Of a DNA stretch of 64,000 bases, positions 45,289 to 55,172 are shown piece after piece; position 1 is the first letter of the stretch, and every line of letters starts with the position of its first letter. Source of the stretch: Deltaproteobacteria bacterium. GTDB lineage: Bacteria > Desulfobacterota > Syntrophia > Syntrophales > UBA5619. The DNA lies in the NCBI GenBank assembly GCA_021372415.1, contig JAJFUM010000089.1, forward strand, positions 30 to 64,029. The letters are read 5' to 3'. The notes under the pieces were generated by a model that saw only the letters and a list, made by a program, of their open reading frames with translations, made no database searches and was not told the origin of the DNA. Made by a program: the position numbers and the translations under genes.

Positions 45289-45977
45289 CCCTTCGGTCCG
45301 CAGGTCGGCTGGTGCCGTACGCTCTTTCCCGTGATCATGTAAATCACCATGTCTGCGATCCCCTCGGCGTGATCGGCGATGCGTTCGAGACTCTTGGAGA
45401 TCTGCATGATGTAGAGGCAGACCTGGATCTTATGAGGCTCTTCCATCATGAATGTGAGCAGTTCCCGGAAGATCTGCTCGTTGAGCCGATCAATAATGAC
45501 ATCCTCCTCCCGGACCCGATGGGCCAGTTCCACATCCTCGCTCACCATGGCGTCGAGGCTTCTGTGGATCATCCCCCGGACGATCTGGGCCATCCGCGGC
45601 AGATCGATGTAGGCCTTGATCTGGGGAATCTCGTTCAGGATGAGGACCTTCTCGGTGATATTGGCAGCCATGTCGCCGATCCGCTCCAGGTGGCCGGTGA
45701 TCTTGATCGATGTCGTGATGAACCGCAGGTCCCGGGCGGCGGGCTGGCGGAGGGCCAGAAGGCGGATGCACTTCTCCTCCAACTCGAAATCGAGGCGGTC
45801 GATCTGGTCGTCTTCGCAGATGACCTGCTTGGCCAGTTCGGAGTCTCTCTCCACGAGCGCCGTGGTTCCTTTTTCCAGGGCCTTTTCCGTCAGGGCCCCC
45901 ATGTAGAGCAGACCGTCCCGGATCTCCTGGAGCTCACGCTCGTATTCCGCGCTGGTATGTCGTTTGGCTTCTTCCAT
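45285..45977 (-). CDS. phoU: phosphate signalling complex protein PhoU
   Basis: 230 aa, two repeats with 'LERIGDMAANITE' and 'LERIADHAEGIAD'. Confidence 0.9.
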   Translation of the reverse strand: MEEAKRHTSAEYERELQEIRDGLLYMGALTEKALEKGTTALVERDSELAKQVICEDDQIDRLDFELEEKCIRLLALRQPAARDLRFITTSIKITGHLERIGDMAANITEKVLILNEIPQIKAYIDLPRMAQIVRGMIHRSLDAMVSEDVELAHRVREEDVIIDRLNEQIFRELLTFMMEEPHKIQVCLYIMQISKSLERIADHAEGIADMVIYMITGKSVRHQPTCGPKG

Positions 45978-46000
45978 GGTTCCTCCTTCGGCTCTGATGC

Positions 46001-46771
46001 TTAACCGAACCGACCGGTGATGTAATCCTCAGTCTGCTTCACATCCGGGTTGGTGAAGATCTTTTCCGTGGCGTTGAATTCGATCAGTTTGCCCATGTAG
46101 AAAAAACCCGTGTATTCCGAGACGCGGGCCGCCTGCTGCATGTTGTGCGTCACGATGATGATCGTGTAGCGTCTCTTGAGTTCGTCGATGAGCTCTTCGA
46201 TCTTCGCCGTGGAGATGGGATCGAGCGCCGAGGTCGGTTCGTCCATCAAAAGGACGTCGGGCTTCATGGCCAGCGCCCTGGCGATGCAGAGGCGCTGCTG
46301 CTGTCCGCCGGAGAGGGTCATGGCAGATTTTCCCAGGATGTCCTTCACCTCGTCCCAGAGGACCGCCTGTTTGAGGCTCTCCTCCACGAGGTTCTCCAGA
46401 TCGCCGTTGTTCCGGACGCCGGAGAGTCTCGGGGCGAAGGTGATATTGCTGAAGATCGACTTTGGAAAGGGGTTGGGCTTCTGGAAGACCATCCCGATCC
46501 GCTGGCGGATCCCCACGGGGTCCACGTCGGGGGCGTAGATGTTCTTCCCCTCGAACAGGATCTCCCCCTCCACCCGCGTCCCGTCGATCAGATCGTTCAT
46601 CCGGTTGAGGAGCCGAAGGAGCGTCGATTTGCCGCAACCCGACGGCCCGATCAAGGCGGTGACGCGGCTCTTTTCGAAATCCAGCGTCACGTCAGTCAGG
46701 GCCTTGAAGGCACCGTAATAGAAATCCACGTTCTTGGCCGTGATGATCATCTCTTTTTCCACATCTACCAC
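46001..46771 (-). CDS. pstB: phosphate ABC transporter ATP-binding protein
   Basis: 'NVDFYYG', 'GPSGCGKST', '[14 protein letters not shown]', '[12 protein letters not shown]'. Confidence 0.92.
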   Translation of the reverse strand: MVDVEKEMIITAKNVDFYYGAFKALTDVTLDFEKSRVTALIGPSGCGKSTLLRLLNRMNDLIDGTRVEGEILFEGKNIYAPDVDPVGIRQRIGMVFQKPNPFPKSIFSNITFAPRLSGVRNNGDLENLVEESLKQAVLWDEVKDILGKSAMTLSGGQQQRLCIARALAMKPDVLLMDEPTSALDPISTAKIEELIDELKRRYTIIIVTHNMQQAARVSEYTGFFYMGKLIEFNATEKIFTNPDVKQTEDYITGRFG

Positions 46772-47646
46772 CTTTTCCTCTTCCGGACCATGCTGCGCAG
46801 GACAATGGCCACCAGATCGATCCCCAGGACCAGGACGATCAGGACCAGGGCCGTTCCGTACTGCAGGGGGCGGGTCTGCTCGATATGGGTCCCCGCCGTA
46901 GCCAGGACATAGATATGATAGGGCAAAGCCATCACCTCGTCAAAGACCGATTTCGGCAGAACGGCTGTGAAAAAGGCCGCCGCCGTGAACATGATGGGCG
47001 CCGTCTCCCCGGCGGCGCGTCCGACCCCCAGGATCGACCCGGTCAGGATCCCCGGCAGGGCCGAGGGAACAACGACCCGGGAGATGGTGCGCCATTTGGA
47101 GACGCCCAGGGCGAGAGAAGCCTCACGGAAGGTCTGGGGAACGGCCTTGAGGGCCTCCTCCGCAGCTCCGATGATCGTAGGGAGGATCAGGATCCCCAGG
47201 GTCAAGGCTCCGGAGAGGATGCTGGAACCGAATTTCAGGAAGACGACGAAAAAACCGAGGCCGAAGAGGCCGAAGACGACGGAGGGGACGCCGGCCAGGC
47301 AGTTGACGCCGATCCGGATGATCCGGATGAAGAGCCCCTGCTTCGCATATTCCGTCAGATAGATCGCCGAGACCACCCCCAGGGGGAGGGCAACAAGGAT
47401 CGCCCCGACGGTGAGGTAGAAGGTCCCGACGATGGCCGGCATGATCCCGCCTTTGGTCATGGAATCCAAAGGAGGTTCCGTAAGAAATCTCCAGCTGATG
47501 GCCCCGATCCCGTTGACCAGGAGAAAGGCGATGATTCCCACGAGAGCCACCGTGACGATGAAAGCTGCCAGCCGCACCACGCCGAAGAAGAAGCCCTGCC
47601 GGAGATAACGCCATTGCATGGACGGGTCTGGTCTATAGGCGCTCAT
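46765..47646 (-). CDS. pstA: phosphate ABC transporter permease PstA
   Basis: Polytopic permease with '[22 protein letters not shown]' EAA loop. Position in the operon. Confidence 0.9.
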   Translation of the reverse strand: MSAYRPDPSMQWRYLRQGFFFGVVRLAAFIVTVALVGIIAFLLVNGIGAISWRFLTEPPLDSMTKGGIMPAIVGTFYLTVGAILVALPLGVVSAIYLTEYAKQGLFIRIIRIGVNCLAGVPSVVFGLFGLGFFVVFLKFGSSILSGALTLGILILPTIIGAAEEALKAVPQTFREASLALGVSKWRTISRVVVPSALPGILTGSILGVGRAAGETAPIMFTAAAFFTAVLPKSVFDEVMALPYHIYVLATAGTHIEQTRPLQYGTALVLIVLVLGIDLVAIVLRSMVRKRKRW

Positions 47647-48551
47647 AATGTTCCCGAACCCTCCTCTTTGAATCTGCGGGAGATGCGATCGGCGATCAGG
47701 TTGAAAAGGAGCGTGATCAGCAATAGAACGATCCCCGTGGCGAAGAGGGCGTGGTAATGGCCTCCCCCGAAGGGCGCTTCGCCCATCTCCGCAGCAATGC
47801 TTGCCGGCATGGGACGCACCGAATCAAAGATTCCCCGCGGGACTGCCGCCGAGCCTCCGGCCACCATGAGGACCACCATCGTCTCCCCGATCGCCCGGGA
47901 CATCCCCAGGATCACCGCCGTGGAGATCCCCGAGAGGGCAGCGGGGATCGAGACCCGGAGGATCGTCTCGTACCGCGTCGCCCCCAAGGCGTAAGAGGCC
48001 TCTTTGAAATCCCGGGGGACGGCGTAGAGGGCATCTTCCGAGATGCTCGATATGGTGGGGATCGCCATGACGGCCAACATGATGGAGGCGTTGACGATGT
48101 TGAGACCCGTGGGCAAATCGAAAGTCTCCTGCATCCAGGGCCCCAGGATCACCATCCCGAAGAAACCCAGGACCACCGAAGGGAGGCCTGCCAGGAGCTC
48201 GATCACAGACTTGAGAATCTCCTTGATCCGCGCCGGGGCGATCTCGGAGATGTAGACGGCGCAGCAGAGCCCGAAAGGAACGGCGATGAGACAAGACAGG
48301 GCCGTCACGATCACGGAGCCTACGATCAGAGGCCAGATCCCGTATTCCGGCGGATTGTACGTGGGATACCAGGACGACCCGAAGAGGAACTGCACCGGGT
48401 TGATCTCTTTGAAGAGGGGAAGTCCCTCCCGGAAGAGAAAAAGGACGATGAGCCCCAGAAAGAGCACAGAAAGGAAGGCAAAAAAGGCAAAGATATTCTT
48501 TATGATTATTTCCCTGGCCCTGCTGGTCAGGGCTCTTCGTCCGCTGTCCAT
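47643..48551 (-). CDS. pstC: phosphate ABC transporter permease PstC
   Basis: 'EDALYAVPRDFKEASYALGATRYE' EAA loop. Start chosen at MDSGRRAL. Confidence 0.88.
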   Translation of the reverse strand: MDSGRRALTSRAREIIIKNIFAFFAFLSVLFLGLIVLFLFREGLPLFKEINPVQFLFGSSWYPTYNPPEYGIWPLIVGSVIVTALSCLIAVPFGLCCAVYISEIAPARIKEILKSVIELLAGLPSVVLGFFGMVILGPWMQETFDLPTGLNIVNASIMLAVMAIPTISSISEDALYAVPRDFKEASYALGATRYETILRVSIPAALSGISTAVILGMSRAIGETMVVLMVAGGSAAVPRGIFDSVRPMPASIAAEMGEAPFGGGHYHALFATGIVLLLITLLFNLIADRISRRFKEEGSGTL

Positions 48552-48671
48552 AAACCTCTCTTCCGTATCAAAGCAACGCGGGCCCTGACGACCCGGCCCG
48601 CGCAAAAGCGTTCAACACCCAGGAAAGGACCCCGGCAGTGTATCAATCCCGCTGGCACCCCGGTTATACCG

Positions 48672-49496
48672 TCACCTTCCTGACAGAGGGACAAATCCTT
48701 CCCTCTTGACCAGGGCTTGACCCGCAGGGCTCAGGACGAACCGGATGTATCGAGCGGTCTCGCCCTTGGGCTCACCGTTGGTGAACAGGTACAGAGCCCT
48801 CGATACCGGATAGGCCTTCATGCTGGCCGTCTTCTCCGAGGCCCGGATGCCGTTGACCGACAGGGCCTTCACCGATTTGTCCAGGTATCCCAGGCCGATG
48901 TAACCCAGGGCATACCGGTTCTTCGAGACCGCCTGGACGATAGCCCCGTTGGAGGCCTGAAGCTGGGCCCGGGGCGTGACTTTGGCCCCCTTCAGGATCA
49001 GTTCCCCCCAGGCCTCGAAGGTCCCCGAACTGCTGTCCCTGGAGATCGCCACAATCTGAAGGTCCCGGCCGCCGACCTCCTTCCAGTTCGTGATCTTCCC
49101 CTGGTAGATCTGGCTGAGTTGATCGAGGCTAAGGTCGTTCACAGGGTTCCCCGGATGGACGATCGGTACGATGGCATCGATCGCCACCCTCGTCTCGACG
49201 GGATTGACCCCCTTGGTCTTGGCCAGTTCCACCTCTGCGGGCTTGATCTGCCGGGAGGATGTGGCGATGTCCGTGGCGCCGTCGATGAGGGCCTTGATCC
49301 CGTCGCCCGATCCCCCGCCGGACAGGGAGATCTTCGTCCCCGGATTCGCCTTCATGAAGGCCTCCAGGGTCGCCTGGGCGATGGGCAGGACCGTCGTGGA
49401 TCCCTTGATCACCACGCTGTCCGCAGAGACCGGACCGGCCGCGAGGATGAGTCCCGCCGCCAGCATCCAGAAGAACCATCCTGTTTTTTTCTCCAT
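48672..49496 (-). CDS. pstS: phosphate ABC transporter substrate-binding protein PstS (operon copy)
   Basis: Start at MEKKTGWFFW (signal peptide). The remaining upstream part of the 446-aa track ORF is Pro/Gly/Arg-rich read-through and was rejected. Confidence 0.9.
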   Translation of the reverse strand: MEKKTGWFFWMLAAGLILAAGPVSADSVVIKGSTTVLPIAQATLEAFMKANPGTKISLSGGGSGDGIKALIDGATDIATSSRQIKPAEVELAKTKGVNPVETRVAIDAIVPIVHPGNPVNDLSLDQLSQIYQGKITNWKEVGGRDLQIVAISRDSSSGTFEAWGELILKGAKVTPRAQLQASNGAIVQAVSKNRYALGYIGLGYLDKSVKALSVNGIRASEKTASMKAYPVSRALYLFTNGEPKGETARYIRFVLSPAGQALVKREGFVPLSGR

Positions 49497-49530
49497 CTCT
49501 TCTTCCCTCGCCAAGCAGCATAGAGGAGGA

Positions 49531-49571
49531 TTGTTACAATTCGATGACAACCCCGTGAAGCTTCCGTGAAA
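49531..49571 (-). promoter_or_regulatory. Pho-box array plus -10 TATGCT upstream of pstS-2 (pstSCAB-phoU-phoRB operon)
   Basis: Gene-sense TTCAC-n6-TTCAC-n6-GTCAT-n6-GTAAC-n10-TATGCT. Confidence 0.65.
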
Positions 49572-49642
49572 TAGATGGAACCGCCCGCAAGCCCAAAGCC
49601 GAAATCTCCTGCCGTCCGATCGATCTTTGGGGGAGGCCAGGG

Positions 49643-51592
49643 TCAGGTGAAGAACAGGACCCAGAGGATCTGGCCCAGGAGGAAGAGCCCCAGCAGGAGG
49701 CTGGCCAGGCCGAAGGTCGACCCGAGGAGCTTCAGGGGGATTCCCGGATAGGAGCGCTTCATGGACTCCAGGCGGGCGTCGTCCTTGAGGCGTTCGTAGT
49801 GGAGGGGCCGCTGCTCCTTCATGTCCTCCAGGGTGTAGGTCCCCGTGAAGATGATCCGGTCCATGGGGAACTTCGTCGGGATGAAGTGGGTGTTGAAGAA
49901 GTGAACCGTGAAGATGAAGAGGGCCGCCAGCAGGGCCTCCTCGGAATGGACGAGGGAGGCCACGTTGAGGAGCCAGCCCGGGAATAGGTACGAGGACCAC
50001 TCGGGCACCCACATGAGAACCCCCGAACTGCCGATGGCGAACATCCCCCAGAAGACGGCCCAGAAGTCGAACTTCTCCCAGTAGGTCCAGCGGTCGAATC
50101 TCGGCATCTCCCCTTTGTTAAAGAACCACCGGCCCATCCCCTTGAAGTCCTCCCAGTCCTTCCAGTTGGGGACGAGGGAATCGGGACCGAAGAAGCGCCC
50201 CCAGAACCCGCGGCGCCCCTGGCCCTTCGGGAAGAGGTATCGCAGGGACAGCCAGGCCACGTAGGCCACGATGGCGATCAGCAGGAGGGCCGCCCCGCGG
50301 TGGAAGAGGCCCGCCTGGTGCGCACCGCCCCAGAAGCGGATGAGGAGGCCCGAGAAGGCGGCGGTGTGGTACTTGAGCGGAAATCCTGTCATGACCAGGG
50401 TGAAGAAGGAGAGGATCAGCAGGACGTGCATGATCCGCTCCCTGCGCGAGAAGCGCTGGATCTGCTGCAGCCCCTCGCCCTTGGCCAGGAGGGCCCTGGG
50501 CAGGATGCCCTGCTTCTCCATGCGGTGGTTTTCCCAGTAGGTCTTGCGCCACCACAGGACGGTGTGGAGCCAGAAGAAGCACAGCGTCCCCACGAGAAGC
50601 CCCGACATGGCCACAAAGGTCCAGAAAAGGGCGGGATAGCGCTTCCGGTCCCGGTAATCGGGATGGGCCTTGTAGTCCACGAAGCGCGGATGGAATCCCC
50701 GGTGGCAGCGGCCGCAGTTATGGACGAGATTCGCGGGGTGGATGCTGGAACGGGGATCCCCTTTGGGAAGGATATTGTGGGTGGTATGGCAATCGGCGCA
50801 ACCGGCCACCCCTGCCGGATAGCCGATGCTCTGGACCTTGCCGTGATAGGTCTGCTCGTAATAGGCGACGATCTTGGGGTTGAGGTTGTTGCGCCTCGCG
50901 ATGACCGGATCGGCATGGCAGCGCTTGCAGTTTCGGCTGTAAAACTCCCGGGCCTCCTCGGGATACTTCTCCAGGGAGGTGTGGAAGACCTGCGTGTTGT
51001 GGAGGCCGTGGCAGTCGGCGCAGGCTGCGGCGTCCTGCTTCCCCTTGAGGACCGCCTCGGCGTGGCCGGAGGCGACGTAGTCCTCATTGGCGTGGCACTC
51101 GGTGCACCTCTCGATGACGACCCGCTTGAGGGGTTTCGTCCGGGCCTTGAAGGAATGGATCTCCCGATGGCAGTCGACGCAACGGAAATCGAGCTGGACG
51201 TAATGGAAATTCCGGCGGTATTCGAGCGCGATCTGTTCATGGCAGTTCCCGCAATTCACGGGGGCAGGCTTCTCCAGCCCTTTGCTGTGGAGGTTCTGAT
51301 GAGTGATCCCCGTGTGGCAGCCCGTGCAGCTGTTCTCGCCGTGGACCGACCGGGGGAAGGCCCCGCGGTAGAGGTAATCGTCGTGGCAGGAGAGGCAGTC
51401 GAGCACCGCCCAGGCAGGCATCGTCCCAGGCCCCGCCAGGGAAAGGGCGACAAAGCCGGCCACCAGCAGGACCAGCCGCCAGAAGGCCGCAATCCTCCGC
51501 ACCGGCCCTCTTTCGATCTTGAAGAGATTCCATGCGGGCATCGGGAATCCCATGCCCCGGTTGCAATCATTCCTGTCCACGGTCGGTCCCAT
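49643..51592 (-). CDS. CbcL-like fusion: 9-haem periplasmic c-type cytochrome domain plus HydC/FdnI-type di-haem cytochrome b membrane domain
   Basis: Nine CXXCH motifs (CLSCH, CTGCH, CGNCH, CVDCH, CTECH, CADCH, CKRCH, CADCH, CGRCH), followed by 4-5 TM helices with conserved His ('MHVLLILSF', 'GLFHRGAALL', 'SLVHSEEALL...FTVHFFNTHF'). Confidence 0.8.
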   Translation of the reverse strand: MGPTVDRNDCNRGMGFPMPAWNLFKIERGPVRRIAAFWRLVLLVAGFVALSLAGPGTMPAWAVLDCLSCHDDYLYRGAFPRSVHGENSCTGCHTGITHQNLHSKGLEKPAPVNCGNCHEQIALEYRRNFHYVQLDFRCVDCHREIHSFKARTKPLKRVVIERCTECHANEDYVASGHAEAVLKGKQDAAACADCHGLHNTQVFHTSLEKYPEEAREFYSRNCKRCHADPVIARRNNLNPKIVAYYEQTYHGKVQSIGYPAGVAGCADCHTTHNILPKGDPRSSIHPANLVHNCGRCHRGFHPRFVDYKAHPDYRDRKRYPALFWTFVAMSGLLVGTLCFFWLHTVLWWRKTYWENHRMEKQGILPRALLAKGEGLQQIQRFSRRERIMHVLLILSFFTLVMTGFPLKYHTAAFSGLLIRFWGGAHQAGLFHRGAALLLIAIVAYVAWLSLRYLFPKGQGRRGFWGRFFGPDSLVPNWKDWEDFKGMGRWFFNKGEMPRFDRWTYWEKFDFWAVFWGMFAIGSSGVLMWVPEWSSYLFPGWLLNVASLVHSEEALLAALFIFTVHFFNTHFIPTKFPMDRIIFTGTYTLEDMKEQRPLHYERLKDDARLESMKRSYPGIPLKLLGSTFGLASLLLGLFLLGQILWVLFFT

Positions 51593-51593
51593 G

Positions 51594-52346
51594 CTAGGGC
51601 CTTTTGTTCCTGGCCTTTTCCTTCGCCGTCATGGCCTTCCAGGAGGCCATGCCGCCGAAGAGCCTCTCCACGGTGTATCCCCTCGCGATCAGATAACTGG
51701 ACGCGAGCGGGGAACGGAAACCCCGGTTGTCCACGAGGATCAACGGGCGGTCGAGGGGCAGCTCCCGCCAGCGCCGGTGCAGCTGGTACATCGGCAGATT
51801 GACGGCACCCTCAATACGCTCTTTACGAAACTCCTTTTCCGATCGGATGTCCACGAGGAGGGCCCCTTGCTTCTCCGCCATCCTCTTTCGCAGGGCCAGC
51901 GGCTTCAGCGACGGGACCGCCCGGCGGGGGATCCGTTCCACCGAGACGGTCTGGTAACCGGCGATCTTCCAGGCCGGCATCCCGCCCTCCAGGAGCCGGA
52001 CGGCTTGATATCCCTGCCGGGCCGCCATGCCTGCCGCCTCGCGGCTTCTCCGCGAGGTCTCGCTCTCACAGTACAGGACCAGCATCCGGTCCCTGTCAGG
52101 GGCCATTTCGCCGATCCGTTCCTCAAACTCCTCGATGGGGATGCAGAGGGAACCGGCGATGCTGTGGTCCCGGCATTCGATCTCGGACATCGTGTCGACC
52201 AGGAGGGGCCTCTTCCCCTCGGCGATCATCCGCGCCAGCGTCTGCGGCGGGAGCCTCTGCCACCCCGTCTCGGCGGCCCCTGCGGCGGCGCAGAGGAACC
52301 CCATCAGCAGGATTCCCGAAATCCCAGATTTCAAAAAGCGGCCCAT
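51594..52346 (-). CDS. exported tandem-rhodanese protein (active N-domain, Cys-less C-domain)
   Basis: Signal peptide 'ISGILLMGFLCAAAGAAE'. Active-site loop 'VLYCESETSRRS'. Second domain has 'ILVDNRGFRS' (Asp instead of Cys). Confidence 0.75.
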   Translation of the reverse strand: MGRFLKSGISGILLMGFLCAAAGAAETGWQRLPPQTLARMIAEGKRPLLVDTMSEIECRDHSIAGSLCIPIEEFEERIGEMAPDRDRMLVLYCESETSRRSREAAGMAARQGYQAVRLLEGGMPAWKIAGYQTVSVERIPRRAVPSLKPLALRKRMAEKQGALLVDIRSEKEFRKERIEGAVNLPMYQLHRRWRELPLDRPLILVDNRGFRSPLASSYLIARGYTVERLFGGMASWKAMTAKEKARNKRP

Positions 52347-52362
52347 GGACCTCTCGACCTCT

Positions 52363-54990
52363 CTATTCATAAGCGGGCACGGCGCGGACACCCCACCCGA
52401 CCATCTGCGGCGCCGCATTCGGTTCCTTCGGTGTCGGGTAATTCTCCTTGAGAAATCGCCCCACATGGAGGATCTTCATCTTCATGAAGAACGGCGCGTT
52501 GTCGCTGTGGCAATCCAGGCATCCGTCGGGGCTCCCCTTGGCGCCGTAGGTCTTCTTCCGCTCCAGGGGAATCACGTTGTGGTAAACGGCGAAGGAAGGC
52601 CTCTCCCCCGGCCGGAGGATCTCGGACTCGACCAGCTTTTCCTGCCTGACTTCGTACAGCTTCCGGCCCACCATGACGACGTTCTTGAATCCCGCGTCGG
52701 TCAGGGCCCGGATCAGGGCCTTGATGTCCTCCTTGGTGCTCACGGTCTGGGCCAGGAGGGCATGGCCCCGCTCGTTCCTCACCTCGATCATCGAGAGCCC
52801 CGTGAGATTCTTCAAGGCCTGACGCACCGGGACCGGTCCGATCGGCCGGACCGACCCGTCTTTCTGCCTCTCCCCGAACCATCTCGCCGGTTGCGCGCCG
52901 GCTGCCCCAGAGGGAGTCCTCAAGGCCGCCGGTAATGCCGAGGAGACGACCTTGTCCTTCTTCATCTCGTAGAGCCGGCCGGAAACAAAGACCACGTCGT
53001 GAAATCCCATTCCTGTGAGGGCCCGGATCGCCAGCCGGATGTCCCTTCCCGTATCGACGACCGGCTCGACCCGCAGCGTGCCCCGGGGGCCTTTGACCTC
53101 CGCGAGGGAGATCCCCTCGAGGGCCCGGAAGGCCTGCAGGACGTACTGGAGGCCGATCGGCCTGATCTCGCCGCCCTCCTGCCGTTCCCCGAACCACGTG
53201 GCGTTCCGGTCATAGGGAGGGAAGGATTGGCCCGGGGCCGCCGCCGGCGCATCGAAGGGAATGACCCGGTCCCCCCGGAGGGCGTAGACGCGGTCCGCAA
53301 CGAAGACAACCTCCGGCCCCCCCTGGCTGGAGAGGGCCCGGATCATCTGCCGAACATCCGCCTCGGTGGCGACAGTCGTCTCTTTCCCCTCTTGTCCCCG
53401 GATGTCCCGGACAGCCACCGACGAGAGGTCCTTGATCCCCTCGGCGGCCCGTCGCACCCGGGTCGGAGGGATCGGCCGGATCCGGCCGCCGTCCAGCTTC
53501 TCCCCGAACCACTGGGAGGCCCGCGTCACGCAGGGGACGTAGCGTTCCCCTTCCCCCTTGACCCGTTCGTAACGGGTGATCCAGGGGGCCCATGGGGCGG
53601 CTGCGGGGGCAGTCCAGTCGTCCATCGGACCGATCCGTTCGAGGCGGTCCGCCGTATACAGGACCTCCTCCCCGGCGGCGGCATCCCGGAGGTAGATCGC
53701 CCGGCCGGGCTGGGCCGTGGAATGACAGGCCGAGCAGTGCAGGAGGGAAAAGTGAAACAAGGCCCGCGGGAACCTCTCCCTGTGCGTTTTCGAGGGATCG
53801 CGAGCCTCTCTGGGCATCCCGGGGCGCGTTGGCCGGTAACGGCCCTCGAGATGGCATTTGGCGCAGGTCATCATTCCGACGCCGTCGAGGCGGTCCATGA
53901 CGGTCCCCTGCGGCGAGAACCCCTTGGCAATCTGGTGTTGGAGCCGCTGCGACTTGGACCGGCCCGCCAGGGGGTGGCAGTCCGTGCACTGCAGCCCCGC
54001 CGCCACGTGGGCATCGTAAGGGGCTTCGTGGAGCGTCCCCGTCTTGCGGGCGTCCATCTCCCGGTGGCACTGCAGGCAGTTCTTGGCACCCACCTCCCGG
54101 TTGATCAGCCGCCCCTGGAGCTTCCCCTCCTTCGTGAAGAGATGGCCGTCCTTCCAATGGTAGTCGACGAGGGGACTTTGCGAGAGGTTCCACGTTCCGG
54201 TCTCAGAGGCCGACCCTGGGCCAGCCGTCGGAACGGCATAGGTGAAGACCGCCCCCCGGACATCGCCAAGGCCGGCGCCGGCCGTGGCGGCCCAGCGGTA
54301 GTTCCTCAGGCTCAACTGGGCGTTGCGCCGGTCGAGGCGGTACCCGGGAAAATGGCAGATCAGACAGTCCCCCTCCACGACGCCGGTCTCGCGGAAACGG
54401 CTCCGCCCGTCCGGCGTGGCCCGGGAGCTGTAATCCCCGTCCCGGGCCGAAGCGCCCTGCCTTTCGCCCTCGATCAGCGTCTTTGAAAAATCGGGCCTTC
54501 CATCGGCCTTCCGGCCGTATTCAAGGGGCCCCCCTCCCGGGTGGGTCCATCCGCAGGCCGCAGACAGGGCCTTCCCATCAGGGCCGAATTTTCCGCCCGC
54601 CCCGATCCAGTCGAAGGAGGAAAGGCCCTCCCCGTGAGGAGTCAGGTTTTTCTTCGGGGCGATGTGGCCGGAGGCGATCCCGGGGATGCAGCCCATCCCG
54701 TAGATGCCCGGGGAGGGGACCAGGGGACCGCCCGGGTCGATGCCGCCCTTTATCTCATCGAACCCCTGCTGGAAATGGTACCCCGAGGTGATCGTCGTGT
54801 AGCCGTGACAGGTCCCGCAGGTCCTGCGCGGGCTGTAGGGGTCCGCGGCGTTCCGAGAGGGGGTGATCCGCTCCCCCTGCTCGTTCTTGAGCCAGATGTC
54901 CCCGTGCCGCCACGGCTGGGCCGCCTGAAGCGGAAGCGCAGACAGAACAAGGGCCATGCAGACCGCAGCCGCCGTACCTCTGAATCCCAC
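52363..54990 (-). CDS. large heptahaem c-type cytochrome with three internal ~105-aa tandem repeats
   Basis: CGTCH, CLICH, CLQCH, CTDCH, CAKCH, CSACH, CLDCH. Signal peptide 'AAAVCMALVLSALPLQAA'. GTG 54990 is preceded by GGAGAGGA; the track start is ATG 55056. Confidence 0.75.
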   Translation of the reverse strand: MGFRGTAAAVCMALVLSALPLQAAQPWRHGDIWLKNEQGERITPSRNAADPYSPRRTCGTCHGYTTITSGYHFQQGFDEIKGGIDPGGPLVPSPGIYGMGCIPGIASGHIAPKKNLTPHGEGLSSFDWIGAGGKFGPDGKALSAACGWTHPGGGPLEYGRKADGRPDFSKTLIEGERQGASARDGDYSSRATPDGRSRFRETGVVEGDCLICHFPGYRLDRRNAQLSLRNYRWAATAGAGLGDVRGAVFTYAVPTAGPGSASETGTWNLSQSPLVDYHWKDGHLFTKEGKLQGRLINREVGAKNCLQCHREMDARKTGTLHEAPYDAHVAAGLQCTDCHPLAGRSKSQRLQHQIAKGFSPQGTVMDRLDGVGMMTCAKCHLEGRYRPTRPGMPREARDPSKTHRERFPRALFHFSLLHCSACHSTAQPGRAIYLRDAAAGEEVLYTADRLERIGPMDDWTAPAAAPWAPWITRYERVKGEGERYVPCVTRASQWFGEKLDGGRIRPIPPTRVRRAAEGIKDLSSVAVRDIRGQEGKETTVATEADVRQMIRALSSQGGPEVVFVADRVYALRGDRVIPFDAPAAAPGQSFPPYDRNATWFGERQEGGEIRPIGLQYVLQAFRALEGISLAEVKGPRGTLRVEPVVDTGRDIRLAIRALTGMGFHDVVFVSGRLYEMKKDKVVSSALPAALRTPSGAAGAQPARWFGERQKDGSVRPIGPVPVRQALKNLTGLSMIEVRNERGHALLAQTVSTKEDIKALIRALTDAGFKNVVMVGRKLYEVRQEKLVESEILRPGERPSFAVYHNVIPLERKKTYGAKGSPDGCLDCHSDNAPFFMKMKILHVGRFLKENYPTPKEPNAAPQMVGWGVRAVPAYE
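52621..53511 (-). repeat. three tandem in-frame ~315-nt (about 105-aa) repeats inside the heptahaem cytochrome gene
   Basis: Units begin WFGEKLDGGRIRPI / WFGERQEGGEIRPI / WFGERQKDGSVRPI. Each continues ...D[IV]R/K..IRAL[ST]..G[FG]..VV[FM]V..R[VL]Y.... Confidence 0.8.
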
Positions 54991-55172
54991 GGGATTCCTC
55001 TCCACATTTTCCCGGCCGGGGCGCACGGGCCGTCGCCACCGCCGGGCATCCCCCATGGATCTTCACGGACCTGAGAACCGCGATCCCCTGGCACGCTCTT
55101 TGGGAATCCGGTCCCGATCCATCCCTTCCCTTTCGGGCCTCCGGGGCCGCGGCCCCGGAGGCCCCCGACTCG

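Noticed and set aside
49497-50012. N-terminal 172-aa extension of the pstS-2 track ORF (48672..50012)
   Set aside because: The extension is Pro/Gly/Arg/His-rich and overlaps the 3' end of the CbcL-like gene in another frame. It would also read through the Pho-box promoter. An internal ATG with a signal peptide (MEKKTGWFFW) matches the pstS-1 paralog. The same logic trimmed 33898..35949, 27024..28559, 3194..4093, 25482..27023 and 51594..52466.
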